Sequence record: OM858838
Source: Shigella phage B2
Length of the DNA: 64,000 nucleotides
Strand: one strand, 5' to 3'
Position numbers and translations under genes: made by a program. Of this stretch, positions 56,907 to 64,000 are shown piece by piece. Under the pieces are notes generated by a model that was not told the origin of the DNA, searched no databases, and saw nothing but the letters and a program-made list of their open reading frames with translations. Numbering within the stretch: the stretch's first letter is position 1; the number at the start of each line of letters is the position of its first letter.

Positions 56907-57149
56907 ATGAACGAAATCATTATACTCTCTTCTCTTGGTTTTATCTTTGGTTGGATTACATCAAGAGTTAACTACAAACGTAAGATTATTAGATGCATTA
57001 GTAACATTACCTTTGAATCTAACTCTTCTAACAAGGATTTCAAGAATGGTATAGACAGGGGAATAGAATCTACTAAAGACTACATAATCAGAGTACTTAT
57101 CAACAACAAGTTAGATAAGGATTATAGTAAAAGATATAATAAAGACTAA
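56907..57149 (+). CDS. small membrane-anchored early protein
   Basis: N-terminal hydrophobic helix. Confidence 0.45.
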   Translation: MNEIIILSSLGFIFGWITSRVNYKRKIIRCISNITFESNSSNKDFKNGIDRGIESTKDYIIRVLINNKLDKDYSKRYNKD

Positions 57150-57360
57150 CTAACTACTGTCAATATGTAATTTAATACAGTACTAACTAAGGAATACCAA
57201 TGAAGTTACATGATATCTTATTCATAGTACTAGCTATTGTACTGTTTGGATTAGCAGTATATCTAAGTAAATAATTATTATTTTTTAAAGGGTTAGAGAA
57301 TTTTTAATAATTACTTACCAATGTAGTATTACTGCACACAATCTTTTATTAATCCGAATA

Positions 57361-57371
57361 CCCCCCCCCCC
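57361..57371 (+). repeat. poly-C homopolymer tract (11 C)
   Basis: uninterrupted C11 run in an otherwise AT-rich intergenic region, 18 nt upstream of a triloop hairpin. Confidence 0.9.
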
Positions 57372-57388
57372 ATACTTCACACATCCAT

Positions 57389-57401
57389 GAGTCTTCGACT
57401 C
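57389..57401 (+). promoter_or_regulatory. TTC-triloop hairpin (gagtc-TTC-gactc), candidate vRNAP-type hairpin promoter
   Basis: 5-bp stem, 3-nt loop, followed by TAGTGGAG; upstream of gene at 57447. Confidence 0.4.
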
Positions 57402-57446
57402 TAGTGGAGCAATGGTGCTCTACTTAATCATGATTAGGAGTATGTT

Positions 57447-57788
57447 ATGAAACCTGTTAACTCTATCGGTATCTTCGGTGCTGTATCTTCCTCAACTGTA
57501 TCTGCATTGAATGCAATTGAACGTGGTGCAGTAGCTGTAGCCAATACTGCCAACATGGCTGTAGCTGTTACTGAATGGGGCAATGATGAAATCGAGAACC
57601 TTCGTCATCACCGTGCTATCAAACGTGAGGTAGAGGGTGAAATCTTCCGTACTAAATATGTTATGGAAGCTGCTAAAGAAGTAGCAGAAGTACATGCAGA
57701 AGCAGAGAAATCCATGAAGGATGCATCACCAGAGGTTAAAGCAGTGTTCGATGCACTGGTAGCCAAACATTTGGGTAACAAGAAATAA
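57447..57788 (+). CDS. hypothetical early protein
   Basis: AGGAG SD; 113 aa. Confidence 0.55.
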   Translation: MKPVNSIGIFGAVSSSTVSALNAIERGAVAVANTANMAVAVTEWGNDEIENLRHHRAIKREVEGEIFRTKYVMEAAKEVAEVHAEAEKSMKDASPEVKAVFDALVAKHLGNKK

Positions 57789-57804
57789 TCACTAAGGCTC
57801 AAGG

Positions 57805-57990
57805 ATGAGCCAAGGAACAATTATGTTAATCAACATTGAAATTATTATCCGTAAACTAAAGTGCAAAGCAATCTATCATCTGAATGTTATTGCTCTACAT
57901 GCATACGCTAAAGGTCTACGTACCTCCGGTAATATTACATCAGTAGCTGTACGGTATGTACGTATCAAAACCATATCTTCATCACTGTAA
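57805..57990 (+). CDS. small hypothetical protein
   Basis: 61-aa ORF only. Confidence 0.3.
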   Translation: MSQGTIMLINIEIIIRKLKCKAIYHLNVIALHAYAKGLRTSGNITSVAVRYVRIKTISSSL

Positions 57991-58201
57991 TCAATCTCTT
58001 ACCTCTGGCTAATGCTGGAGGTCAAGAGCAAATCACACATTACACATATGATAGATAGTATGTATATATTACCAGTGTATAAACATACACCATGCTGTAA
58101 CGCTCTAGGAAGCTCTACAAGAGGTTTTGAGAAGAGGTAATAGGGTAGGAGAGTTGATACTATTCTATCTCAATCTAGGTAGCATTGAGGACTTATATTG
58201 C

Positions 58202-58231
58202 ACTTACTTCGTAAGTATCTCACTTCGTGAG
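58202..58231 (+). promoter_or_regulatory. tandem pair of TTC-triloop hairpins (acttac-TTC-gtaagt and ctcac-TTC-gtgag)
   Basis: two perfect hairpins 2 nt apart immediately upstream of ORF at 58234. Confidence 0.4.
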
Positions 58232-58233
58232 TA

Positions 58234-58572
58234 ATGGGTAGAGCAAAAGAGAGAATTCACATGGCTATCATCCATTCAATCATTGGTTCTAATTCAGAAC
58301 CATCAACAGTAGTAGTCAACAAGTATAAGGAACCATACGATGTATATATCGGTAGAGGTAGTCTATGGGGAAATCCTTATACAGTTCAAGAACATGGCAG
58401 AGAACTATGCATTGCAATGTATGAGCAATACATACGTGCAAGACTACATCAAGAACCTGATTTATATCTTCAATTACTTGAGCTTAAAGGTAAGAAGCTA
58501 GGCTGCTTCTGTAAACCTAAACCATGTCATGGTGATGTATTAGTTAGACTCATCCAAGAGTACTCAAACTAA
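58234..58572 (+). CDS. hypothetical early protein (start may be ATG 58261)
   Basis: 112-aa ORF; Cys/His-containing C-terminal half. Confidence 0.5.
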   Translation: MGRAKERIHMAIIHSIIGSNSEPSTVVVNKYKEPYDVYIGRGSLWGNPYTVQEHGRELCIAMYEQYIRARLHQEPDLYLQLLELKGKKLGCFCKPKPCHGDVLVRLIQEYSN

Positions 58573-58648
58573 TAATCTAATACCCTTCAATTCCAATAAA
58601 CATACTATAGAGCACTTAGTTACTATCTAGGTGTTCAGGAGTGTATTT

Positions 58649-58855
58649 ATGTCTATTAAATTAACTGTTGTTGCTAAACGTTATAACTCAGAGAAACTCA
58701 TCAGAATACTTATGCCATGGGGTTCTAACATCTCATATGGTAGACGTTGGCAAGTGTCATTTAGGGATGGTAGAGGTAGACACTATGACCATTCATTCGT
58801 AGCTAAACCAACTCGTAAACAGATTCGTAAACTCATCAAGGATATCAACAAATGA
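58649..58855 (+). CDS. small basic early protein
   Basis: AGGAG SD before ATG 58649. Confidence 0.45.
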   Translation: MSIKLTVVAKRYNSEKLIRILMPWGSNISYGRRWQVSFRDGRGRHYDHSFVAKPTRKQIRKLIKDINK

Positions 58856-59142
58856 AACAGTACAAATTACTTGAAGGCTTTCACTCTATGCTTCCTCAAG
58901 AAGCTATCGTTCCATCTCAACCATCAGACGTTCAGGAAGGTGATTACGTCAAGATTGGTGTAGAAACCAATGATGGTAAAGCAACAGAGAAGTTCTGGGC
59001 TGTTGTGTACTGCATTGACAGAGATAACTGGAAGTATGGAGTACGTATCAATCAAGACCTCTGTCAAACTCAATTACATGGTCTTAGTGATGGTGATGAA
59101 CTCATTGTTGAATTCAAACATATCGTAGCTGTTATTAAATAG
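58852..59142 (+). CDS. hypothetical early protein
   Basis: ATGA-coupled ORF. Confidence 0.5.
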   Translation: MKQYKLLEGFHSMLPQEAIVPSQPSDVQEGDYVKIGVETNDGKATEKFWAVVYCIDRDNWKYGVRINQDLCQTQLHGLSDGDELIVEFKHIVAVIK

Positions 59143-59228
59143 GAGCTATCAAATGGAATGGTGGTTAGCAGAGATTGTACCTAGCTTATTCGGAGCTATC
59201 GTAGGTGGTCTGGTTGTATATCTAGCTG

Positions 59229-59474
59229 TTGCTAAAGGAGAGGATGATGATGATGCGTAAGTCATTACATGTAGGTACTAAAACTGATGTTATTAAACGT
59301 CGCTCTAAACCAGTATTAGATGTGGAATTTTTACATGTACGTATTAGTGAAACTTATAATGAATGTGGTCAGATGATTGCTGCTGGTGTTAATCCTTATG
59401 CTGCTGTTGTAGCTATGGATACCAAGCTCAGTCGTATTGTTACATTCAATCATCCTAATCTTCTGAACATGTAA
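59229..59474 (+). CDS. hypothetical early protein (start within ATGATGATGATG run)
   Basis: AAGGAG SD followed by four tandem ATG codons. Confidence 0.45.
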   Translation: MLKERMMMMRKSLHVGTKTDVIKRRSKPVLDVEFLHVRISETYNECGQMIAAGVNPYAAVVAMDTKLSRIVTFNHPNLLNM

Positions 59475-59483
59475 TATCTTCAT

Positions 59484-59551
59484 CACCGTCTTCGACGGTG
59501 GTGGAGTTCTCCCTTAAGTTCTCCTTCTCCTGTAAGAGCGACTTCGTCGCT
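59484..59551 (+). promoter_or_regulatory. tandem pair of TTC-triloop hairpins (caccgtc-TTC-gacggtg at 59484-59500; agcgac-TTC-gtcgct at 59537-59551), each followed by GTGGA
   Basis: 7-bp and 6-bp perfect stems with 3-nt loops, 36 nt apart, upstream of codon-optimised gene at 59593. Confidence 0.45.
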
Positions 59552-59592
59552 GGTGGAATAATCCAATTCAATTAACTATCGAGGTAATTATC

Positions 59593-60009
59593 ATGGCAGT
59601 ATTAAACGGTTCTAACAACGCTTCTTCTATCATCGGTGCTGCTCTGGGTGGTAAACCTGCTGCTGGTGCACAGCGTCCACAAGCTGAAGTATTTATCAAC
59701 GTTGGTATCAACGTACAGATGCCTAACGAAGAAGGTGAGATGGTTGATACCTTCCTGTCTCTGCCTTTCGGCCTGCCGTTGGATACCATGAATGAACTGG
59801 TGATTCGTGGTAATAACCAGCAGTGGAATGAGCAGGCTGCTGCTCGTAATGAGCTTCTGAAAGCTCTGGTCAAAATGGGTGAAGCTCTGGATGCTGGTAC
59901 TGGTACAGAGATGCCTAAGCTCAGTGTTCAACTGTATCGCCGTAAGGCTCAGGAAGAACATCAGGCCAGCAACAACGCAATGGCTCAGATTCTGGCTGCA
60001 TTGAGCTAA
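59593..60009 (+). CDS. abundant early protein (codon-optimised), function unknown
   Basis: host-optimal codons; flanked by tandem hairpins upstream and tetraloop terminator downstream. Confidence 0.75.
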   Translation: MAVLNGSNNASSIIGAALGGKPAAGAQRPQAEVFINVGINVQMPNEEGEMVDTFLSLPFGLPLDTMNELVIRGNNQQWNEQAAARNELLKALVKMGEALDAGTGTEMPKLSVQLYRRKAQEEHQASNNAMAQILAALS

Positions 60010-60018
60010 TCGAATAAT

Positions 60019-60047
60019 GGGATACCTTCGGGTATCCCTTATTTTTT
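60019..60047 (+). terminator. intrinsic terminator with cTTCGg tetraloop
   Basis: 8-bp stem gggatacc/ggtatccc, TTCG loop, T-run. Confidence 0.55.
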
Positions 60048-60056
60048 GGAGGGGAC

Positions 60057-60239
60057 ATGCGTGTATTAGCAGTGTTAATTCTGTTTCTAGTTATCTTCGG
60101 GAAACTAGTACTCAATGTTATCGAAGAAGATACAGTGCAATACCAGCATCAAATGAAATGCGTCAAAGAGAAGATTGCCAACGGGATTCCTCGTAGTGCA
60201 ATCAAGTTAACTACTGATTCATGTGAGGTTATCAAATGA
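60057..60239 (+). CDS. small membrane protein
   Basis: 60-aa ORF with N-terminal hydrophobic helix. Confidence 0.4.
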   Translation: MRVLAVLILFLVIFGKLVLNVIEEDTVQYQHQMKCVKEKIANGIPRSAIKLTTDSCEVIK

Positions 60240-60403
60240 ATTTATTCTTGTTGTTAGTGTTCATCGTGCTGCGCACGCTCATTGGGTTGTTCTGGTTTGT
60301 AGTGGAAATGGTATGGTTCCTGTTCTGCGTAATGATTGGAATCCTATCTTTACCCTATTACTTAGGTGTCATCATCAGAGCAGTAGCTAAGCCCTCGAAA
60401 TGA
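60236..60403 (+). CDS. small membrane protein (55 aa, not in ORF track)
   Basis: ATGA coupling; two hydrophobic helices; followed by hairpin agccctc/gagggct. Confidence 0.4.
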   Translation: MNLFLLLVFIVLRTLIGLFWFVVEMVWFLFCVMIGILSLPYYLGVIIRAVAKPSK

Positions 60404-60433
60404 GGGCTATATTACGCTTAAGGTAGATAGTCA

Positions 60434-60637
60434 ATGAATGGAGATTTGATAGATATATTAGAACTAATAGTTGTTCTCAAATTAGGTAATAGAAATAAAG
60501 TATGTAACCACATAATGATACATAGAATGTGTAATGATATTCCATGTAGTGAATGCCTACTTAATACAAGTAAAGTATATATTTCTGACTATCCAATTCA
60601 AATCATTGAAATGAAAGGTAAGCTAAATGAACAATGA
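60434..60637 (+). CDS. Cys-motif mini-protein family member 1
   Basis: N-terminal MNGDLIDILELI, C-terminal C…C…C..C cluster. Confidence 0.5.
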   Translation: MNGDLIDILELIVVLKLGNRNKVCNHIMIHRMCNDIPCSECLLNTSKVYISDYPIQIIEMKGKLNEQ

Positions 60638-60839
60638 TTTATTCTTAATTCTTAGTTCTATTAAAGCTGCATTAGGTGAAGGTAGAGGTAAAAATACTTC
60701 TGCTGATTTTCTATGTAATGGTATTCATGATACTGACCCTGAACAATGTCATTATGTTAATTGTATTGATTGTATAGTTGGATATAAAGATTCAACTAAA
60801 TATGCACATCAGATAATCCAGACATGGAAAATATTATGA
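60627..60839 (+). CDS. Cys-motif mini-protein family member 2
   Basis: MNNDLFLILSSIK…C…C..C.DC; overlaps neighbours. Confidence 0.5.
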   Translation: MNNDLFLILSSIKAALGEGRGKNTSADFLCNGIHDTDPEQCHYVNCIDCIVGYKDSTKYAHQIIQTWKIL

Positions 60840-61045
60840 ATAAAGAACTTAAGTTAATTTTATTTACTTTAAAAATGAAAATTAAATTTGGTAATGGAAC
60901 TGCCGAAAACTTATGTAGAAGTATGGTAATAGATATTGATGGAGAATTAATTCCTCAATGTACTCAAATTTCTTGTTTTAATTGTCTATTTTATCAAGAT
61001 TCTACTTATGCAGAAAAGGTAATACATGTCTGGCATCAACTCTGA
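60836..61045 (+). CDS. Cys-motif mini-protein family member 3
   Basis: MNKELKLILFTLK…C…C..C.NC; ATGA coupling at 60836. Confidence 0.5.
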   Translation: MNKELKLILFTLKMKIKFGNGTAENLCRSMVIDIDGELIPQCTQISCFNCLFYQDSTYAEKVIHVWHQL

Positions 61046-61271
61046 ATTATTATTCATACTTCAAAGTATTAAAAACTCTATGGCAAAAGAAGAAGTACAA
61101 AATAAGAGAGGTATTCAATGGGGAGAATCAGATAAATTGTGTACAGAACATTTATATAATGTATGTGGGGATAAAACATCTAAAAATATATGTGATGATT
61201 GCTTAATTGGATACAAAGATAATGTTGGATATGCATCCAATATGATTATTGTAATTCAAAAGTTAATCTAA
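61026..61271 (+). CDS. Cys-motif mini-protein family member 4
   Basis: …SELLFILQSIK…C…C.DC. Confidence 0.5.
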   Translation: MSGINSELLFILQSIKNSMAKEEVQNKRGIQWGESDKLCTEHLYNVCGDKTSKNICDDCLIGYKDNVGYASNMIIVIQKLI

Positions 61272-61344
61272 GGGCTATCAATATTGGTAGTCCAATATTA
61301 ATGTCTCGTTAGATAGTTGTACTTCAATCCAAGAGGATATCAAT

Positions 61345-61584
61345 ATGTCAAAGAAAACTAAGTCAGCTAAACCAGTAGAAGTTAAGTTAGGTAATGTTCC
61401 TGATTATACAGTGACTTATAGTCGTCAAGAACAGTTATGGGGAGTCCATATTAATGGTATCTCTGCATACATTCTCAAACGACCTATTGGTAAAAAGAAT
61501 ATGTATTACGTAGGTACTCGTTATTTCAAAACACTACGTGATGCAATCTTCAGTGTTGTATTGGGGAATTCACTTCCCTTCTAG
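61345..61584 (+). CDS. small basic hypothetical protein (not of the Cys family)
   Basis: 79-aa ORF with own SD. Confidence 0.45.
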   Translation: MSKKTKSAKPVEVKLGNVPDYTVTYSRQEQLWGVHINGISAYILKRPIGKKNMYYVGTRYFKTLRDAIFSVVLGNSLPF

Positions 61585-61592
61585 GAGAAGTA

Positions 61593-61766
61593 ATGAACCA
61601 AGAGTTAATACTTATTCTCTCAGCCATTAGAGAAAATAAAGGAATATGTACTAAATATTCTGTTAAATGTCATGGAATAGATTGTGGAAACTGTATTCTA
61701 GCAGAAGTATATATACAAAACTTCTACAAAGATTATATAGTTAAAATGGGTGAGAGAATATTATGA
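61593..61766 (+). CDS. Cys-motif mini-protein family member 5 (57 aa, not in ORF track)
   Basis: AGGAG SD; MNQELILILSAIR…C…C..C.NC. Confidence 0.45.
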   Translation: MNQELILILSAIRENKGICTKYSVKCHGIDCGNCILAEVYIQNFYKDYIVKMGERIL

Positions 61767-61993
61767 ATAGAGAATTACTAACAATAATAGAATCTCTATG
61801 TAAAAAGGTAGTATTTAAAAGCCATTCAGGGCTAGAGTTCATAGAAACTAAGCCTGAAATGTGTCGTATTATTTCATTAAGAGTTCCTCGTAGATGCGAA
61901 GGAACTAGTTGCTGTAATTGTTATTTCTCAAGGAGTAAACAATTACATGAAGTTTATACTTTATATTTAAAAAGACTTATTCAACGTATTTAG
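61763..61993 (+). CDS. Cys-motif mini-protein family member 6
   Basis: MNRELLTIIESLC…C..CCNC. Confidence 0.5.
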   Translation: MNRELLTIIESLCKKVVFKSHSGLEFIETKPEMCRIISLRVPRRCEGTSCCNCYFSRSKQLHEVYTLYLKRLIQRI

Positions 61994-62015
61994 TTTTCCT
62001 TGTCGCTTCGCTCCT

Positions 62016-62028
62016 CAGCCTTCGGCTG
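62016..62028 (+). promoter_or_regulatory. TTC-triloop hairpin (cagcc-TTC-ggctg), candidate hairpin promoter
   Basis: 5-bp stem, 3-nt loop, followed by TTCTGGTGAA; upstream of macro-like gene. Confidence 0.4.
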
Positions 62029-62058
62029 TTCTGGTGAATTATAAACTTAGAGGTAAAT

Positions 62059-62562
62059 ATGTTAGAAGCTCGCGGTAATATGCTTGAAATGGAATGTGAT
62101 GCGTTGTGCATTACTACCAATGGATTTGTTAAAAGCAATGGTGCATCAGTTATGGGTGCTGGTATTGCAAAGCAGATGCGAGTAACTATTCCTGGACTGG
62201 ATAAAATTCTAGGTCAGAAGATTGCTCGTGAAGGTAACAATGTTCATTTCTTATTAAATTATAACAATATTGGAATTGTATCCTTCCCTGTTAAACCAAT
62301 AACAGAAATTAGTAATGGTGAGAACTTTGTTAAACATAAGTTCTTCCCTGTAGGTACAACAGTTCCGGGATGGGCATGTAAAGCAAACATCGATTTGATT
62401 GTACGTTCATGCCAGCAACTGGTAGCACTGGCTGACCAATATGGTTGGCAGAAAGTCTTATTACCAAGACCGGGATGTGGTGCTGGTGAGCTTAACTGGA
62501 GCCATGTGAAGAAGGTTATTGAACCTTTGTTAGATGACAGGTTTATCGTCTGCACCTATTGA
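62059..62562 (+). CDS. macro-domain-like protein (possible ADP-ribose binding/hydrolase)
   Basis: N-terminal …DALCITTNGFVKSNGASVMGAGIA… resembles macro-domain Gly-rich ADP-ribose pocket; GAGG SD. Confidence 0.5.
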   Translation: MLEARGNMLEMECDALCITTNGFVKSNGASVMGAGIAKQMRVTIPGLDKILGQKIAREGNNVHFLLNYNNIGIVSFPVKPITEISNGENFVKHKFFPVGTTVPGWACKANIDLIVRSCQQLVALADQYGWQKVLLPRPGCGAGELNWSHVKKVIEPLLDDRFIVCTY

Positions 62563-62569
62563 GGTGAGT

Positions 62570-62773
62570 ATGGGTAACCAATTAATAGTAATATTTAAAG
62601 AATTACTTCACTCAGGAGTGAATCCTACTTTATGTCATAACTATATTGGCACTGAATGTGTAGACATACCATCATGCGCAAATTGCCCTTTATCTAGTAC
62701 TTCATTCGCAAAACATCCTGAAAGAAATTTCCCTAATCAGTTATTTACTGTATTGGAGAAGTTGAATGGATAA
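62570..62773 (+). CDS. Cys-motif mini-protein family member 7
   Basis: GAGGTGAG SD; MGNQLIVIFKELL…C…C…C.NC. Confidence 0.5.
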   Translation: MGNQLIVIFKELLHSGVNPTLCHNYIGTECVDIPSCANCPLSSTSFAKHPERNFPNQLFTVLEKLNG

Positions 62774-62996
62774 ATTAATTACCATTTTAAATGGAATATA
62801 TAATTTACCTGAACGCAAAGACTACGCTCCAAAAGAGTACATATGTGATTTAATCATATGTCCTGATGTACTTTGCAGTAATTGTCCAATGGGCAACCCA
62901 CATTATTTAAATCCTGACAAAGAATTATTTGTCACTCAAATCCATAAAACATTGGAAGTCATGAACCATGAAACAAGAAACTCAACTCCTGATTGA
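62766..62996 (+). CDS. Cys-motif mini-protein family member 8
   Basis: MDKLITILNGIY…C…C.NC. Confidence 0.5.
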   Translation: MDKLITILNGIYNLPERKDYAPKEYICDLIICPDVLCSNCPMGNPHYLNPDKELFVTQIHKTLEVMNHETRNSTPD

Positions 62997-63891
62997 ATCT
63001 ATGTTCAACCGTCACCAATCTCGTGACCTAATTAGAAATGAAATTAGAACTTCACCTGAAGTTATGGAGTTAGTTAGTGCTGCTGTAGATAAAGCACTGG
63101 AATGGGTAGAAGGTGATTACTTTGAAAGTAAGAACAAACGTCTGGCATTATTGGATACCAATATCCTAGAAGACTTCTACATTGATGTTGCTGGTTCATT
63201 GGCTCAATTTGGTAAGGCTAAGTATACCCAGATAGTAGGTATGGTATCTGGAATGATTTCTACTATGCCTCAGAAAGAGGCTATAAGGACTGCTGGAGAG
63301 CTTATCTCATTAGCAGCTATGGTAGACCTCATTGACCTGATTCCAGCCTCTATGAGCGTTACAGGCTCTATGGAACTGGTATCCCGTATACAGCTTGAAC
63401 CAAAGACATTGGAACTGATTAACCAGTATCAATATCTGCCTCCTATGCTTGTTCCCCCTGAACCAGTTAAATCAAATACTGGTAGTGGGTATCTGTCCAT
63501 CAAATGGGATTCCCTGATTCTGAAGAAGAATCATCATGAGTTTGATATCTGTTTGGATAATATCAACAGATTTAACTCAGTAGCTTTCTCTCTGGATGAC
63601 CGTGTAATCCGTAATATTAGGGATAACCGTAAACATCTGGATAGTGCTAAAGCTGATGAATCTGCTGATGAGTACAAAGCACGAGTTGATTCATTTCTGA
63701 AAATGGAAAAGGAATCTATGCGTGTATTTGCAATGCTCATCAATGAAGGGAACAGATTCTATCTGACTCACAAGTATGACAAACGAGGTCGTACTTACTG
63801 TCAGGGCTATCATGTCTCCTACCAAGGGAATACCTATCGTAAAGCTATTCTTGAATTAGCTGATAAAGAAATCGTACCCATTGAGGAATAA
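62968..63891 (+). CDS. T7-like RNA polymerase, N-terminal subunit of a split (two-gene) phage RNAP (N4 RNAP II-like)
   Basis: C-terminal YDKRGRTYCQGYHVSYQGN matches the T7 RNAP D.RGR.Y…QGND region; gene continues as a separate ORF. Confidence 0.65.
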   Translation: MKQETQLLIESMFNRHQSRDLIRNEIRTSPEVMELVSAAVDKALEWVEGDYFESKNKRLALLDTNILEDFYIDVAGSLAQFGKAKYTQIVGMVSGMISTMPQKEAIRTAGELISLAAMVDLIDLIPASMSVTGSMELVSRIQLEPKTLELINQYQYLPPMLVPPEPVKSNTGSGYLSIKWDSLILKKNHHEFDICLDNINRFNSVAFSLDDRVIRNIRDNRKHLDSAKADESADEYKARVDSFLKMEKESMRVFAMLINEGNRFYLTHKYDKRGRTYCQGYHVSYQGNTYRKAILELADKEIVPIEE

Positions 63892-63893
63892 TC

Positions 63894-64000
63894 ATGTTTT
63901 GCATTATTACAGCAGCATATCTACGTCTTAAGAATAAGGTAGATGAAGATATAGTAATTGGTTCATGGCTTGCTGGTTTATTAGAGCTATGTCTTGAAGT
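63894..64000 (+). CDS. start of the next gene, presumably the catalytic subunit of the split RNAP (truncated by window end)
   Basis: GAGGA SD then ATG at 63894; open to end of window. Confidence 0.4.
   Translation, partial: MFCIITAAYLRLKNKVDEDIVIGSWLAGLLELCLE

Noticed and set aside
3831-62028. Reading the cTTCg hairpins as UUCG-tetraloop terminators
   Set aside because: Maximal pairing gives a 3-nt TTC loop, not a tetraloop, and none is followed by a T-run, whereas true terminators at 44239 and 60019 have 8-bp stems, TTCG tetraloops and T-runs.
60434-62996. CRISPR array or direct-repeat array in the early region
   Set aside because: The repetition is at protein level (paralogous ORFs); no regularly spaced identical nucleotide repeats.
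1-64000. Prophage or temperate features (integrase, repressor, attachment site)
   Set aside because: No tyrosine or serine recombinase motifs or repressor-like genes seen; gene content is that of a strictly lytic N4-like phage.

Overview
The window reads as most of a lytic N4-like (Schitoviridae-type) podophage genome, in three strand-organised blocks. (1) 1-20.2 kb, + strand: replication/middle module with three AAA+ ATPases (MoxR-like with a VWA partner, ClpX-like, and a codon-optimised classic AAA+), a PPP-family phosphatase, a Dda/RecD-like helicase, a family-A DNA polymerase interrupted by an HNH-endonuclease insertion that looks like a group I intron, an Fe-S PD-(D/E)xK nuclease, a primase-like protein and an abundant SSB-candidate. 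(2) 20.2-51.9 kb, mostly - strand: virion/late module with a 3741-aa virion RNA polymerase carrying T7-like motifs A, B and C, candidate capsid, portal and terminase genes, an SGNH-hydrolase tail protein, and an embedded + strand lysis cassette (holin-like proteins, GH24 endolysin, Rz with Rz1 nested inside). (3) 52.1-64.0 kb, + strand: a tRNA cluster (about 8-10 tRNA or tRNA-like genes), then an AT-rich early region of small ORFs including a tandem family of Cys-motif mini-proteins, a macro-domain-like protein, a protein with a ribosomal L7/L12 C-terminal-like domain, and the N-terminal subunit of a split T7-like RNA polymerase at the window edge. The most striking non-coding signal is nine 5-7 bp hairpins with an invariant TTC triloop on the + strand (GAA on the template strand), six of them in the early region, which I interpret as hairpin promoters for the virion RNAP. 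Canonical terminators instead use cTTCGg tetraloops plus a T-run. No integrase, CRISPR array or rRNA was seen. All calls rest on motif reading and gene order by eye; no database search was possible, and all start codons are provisional.
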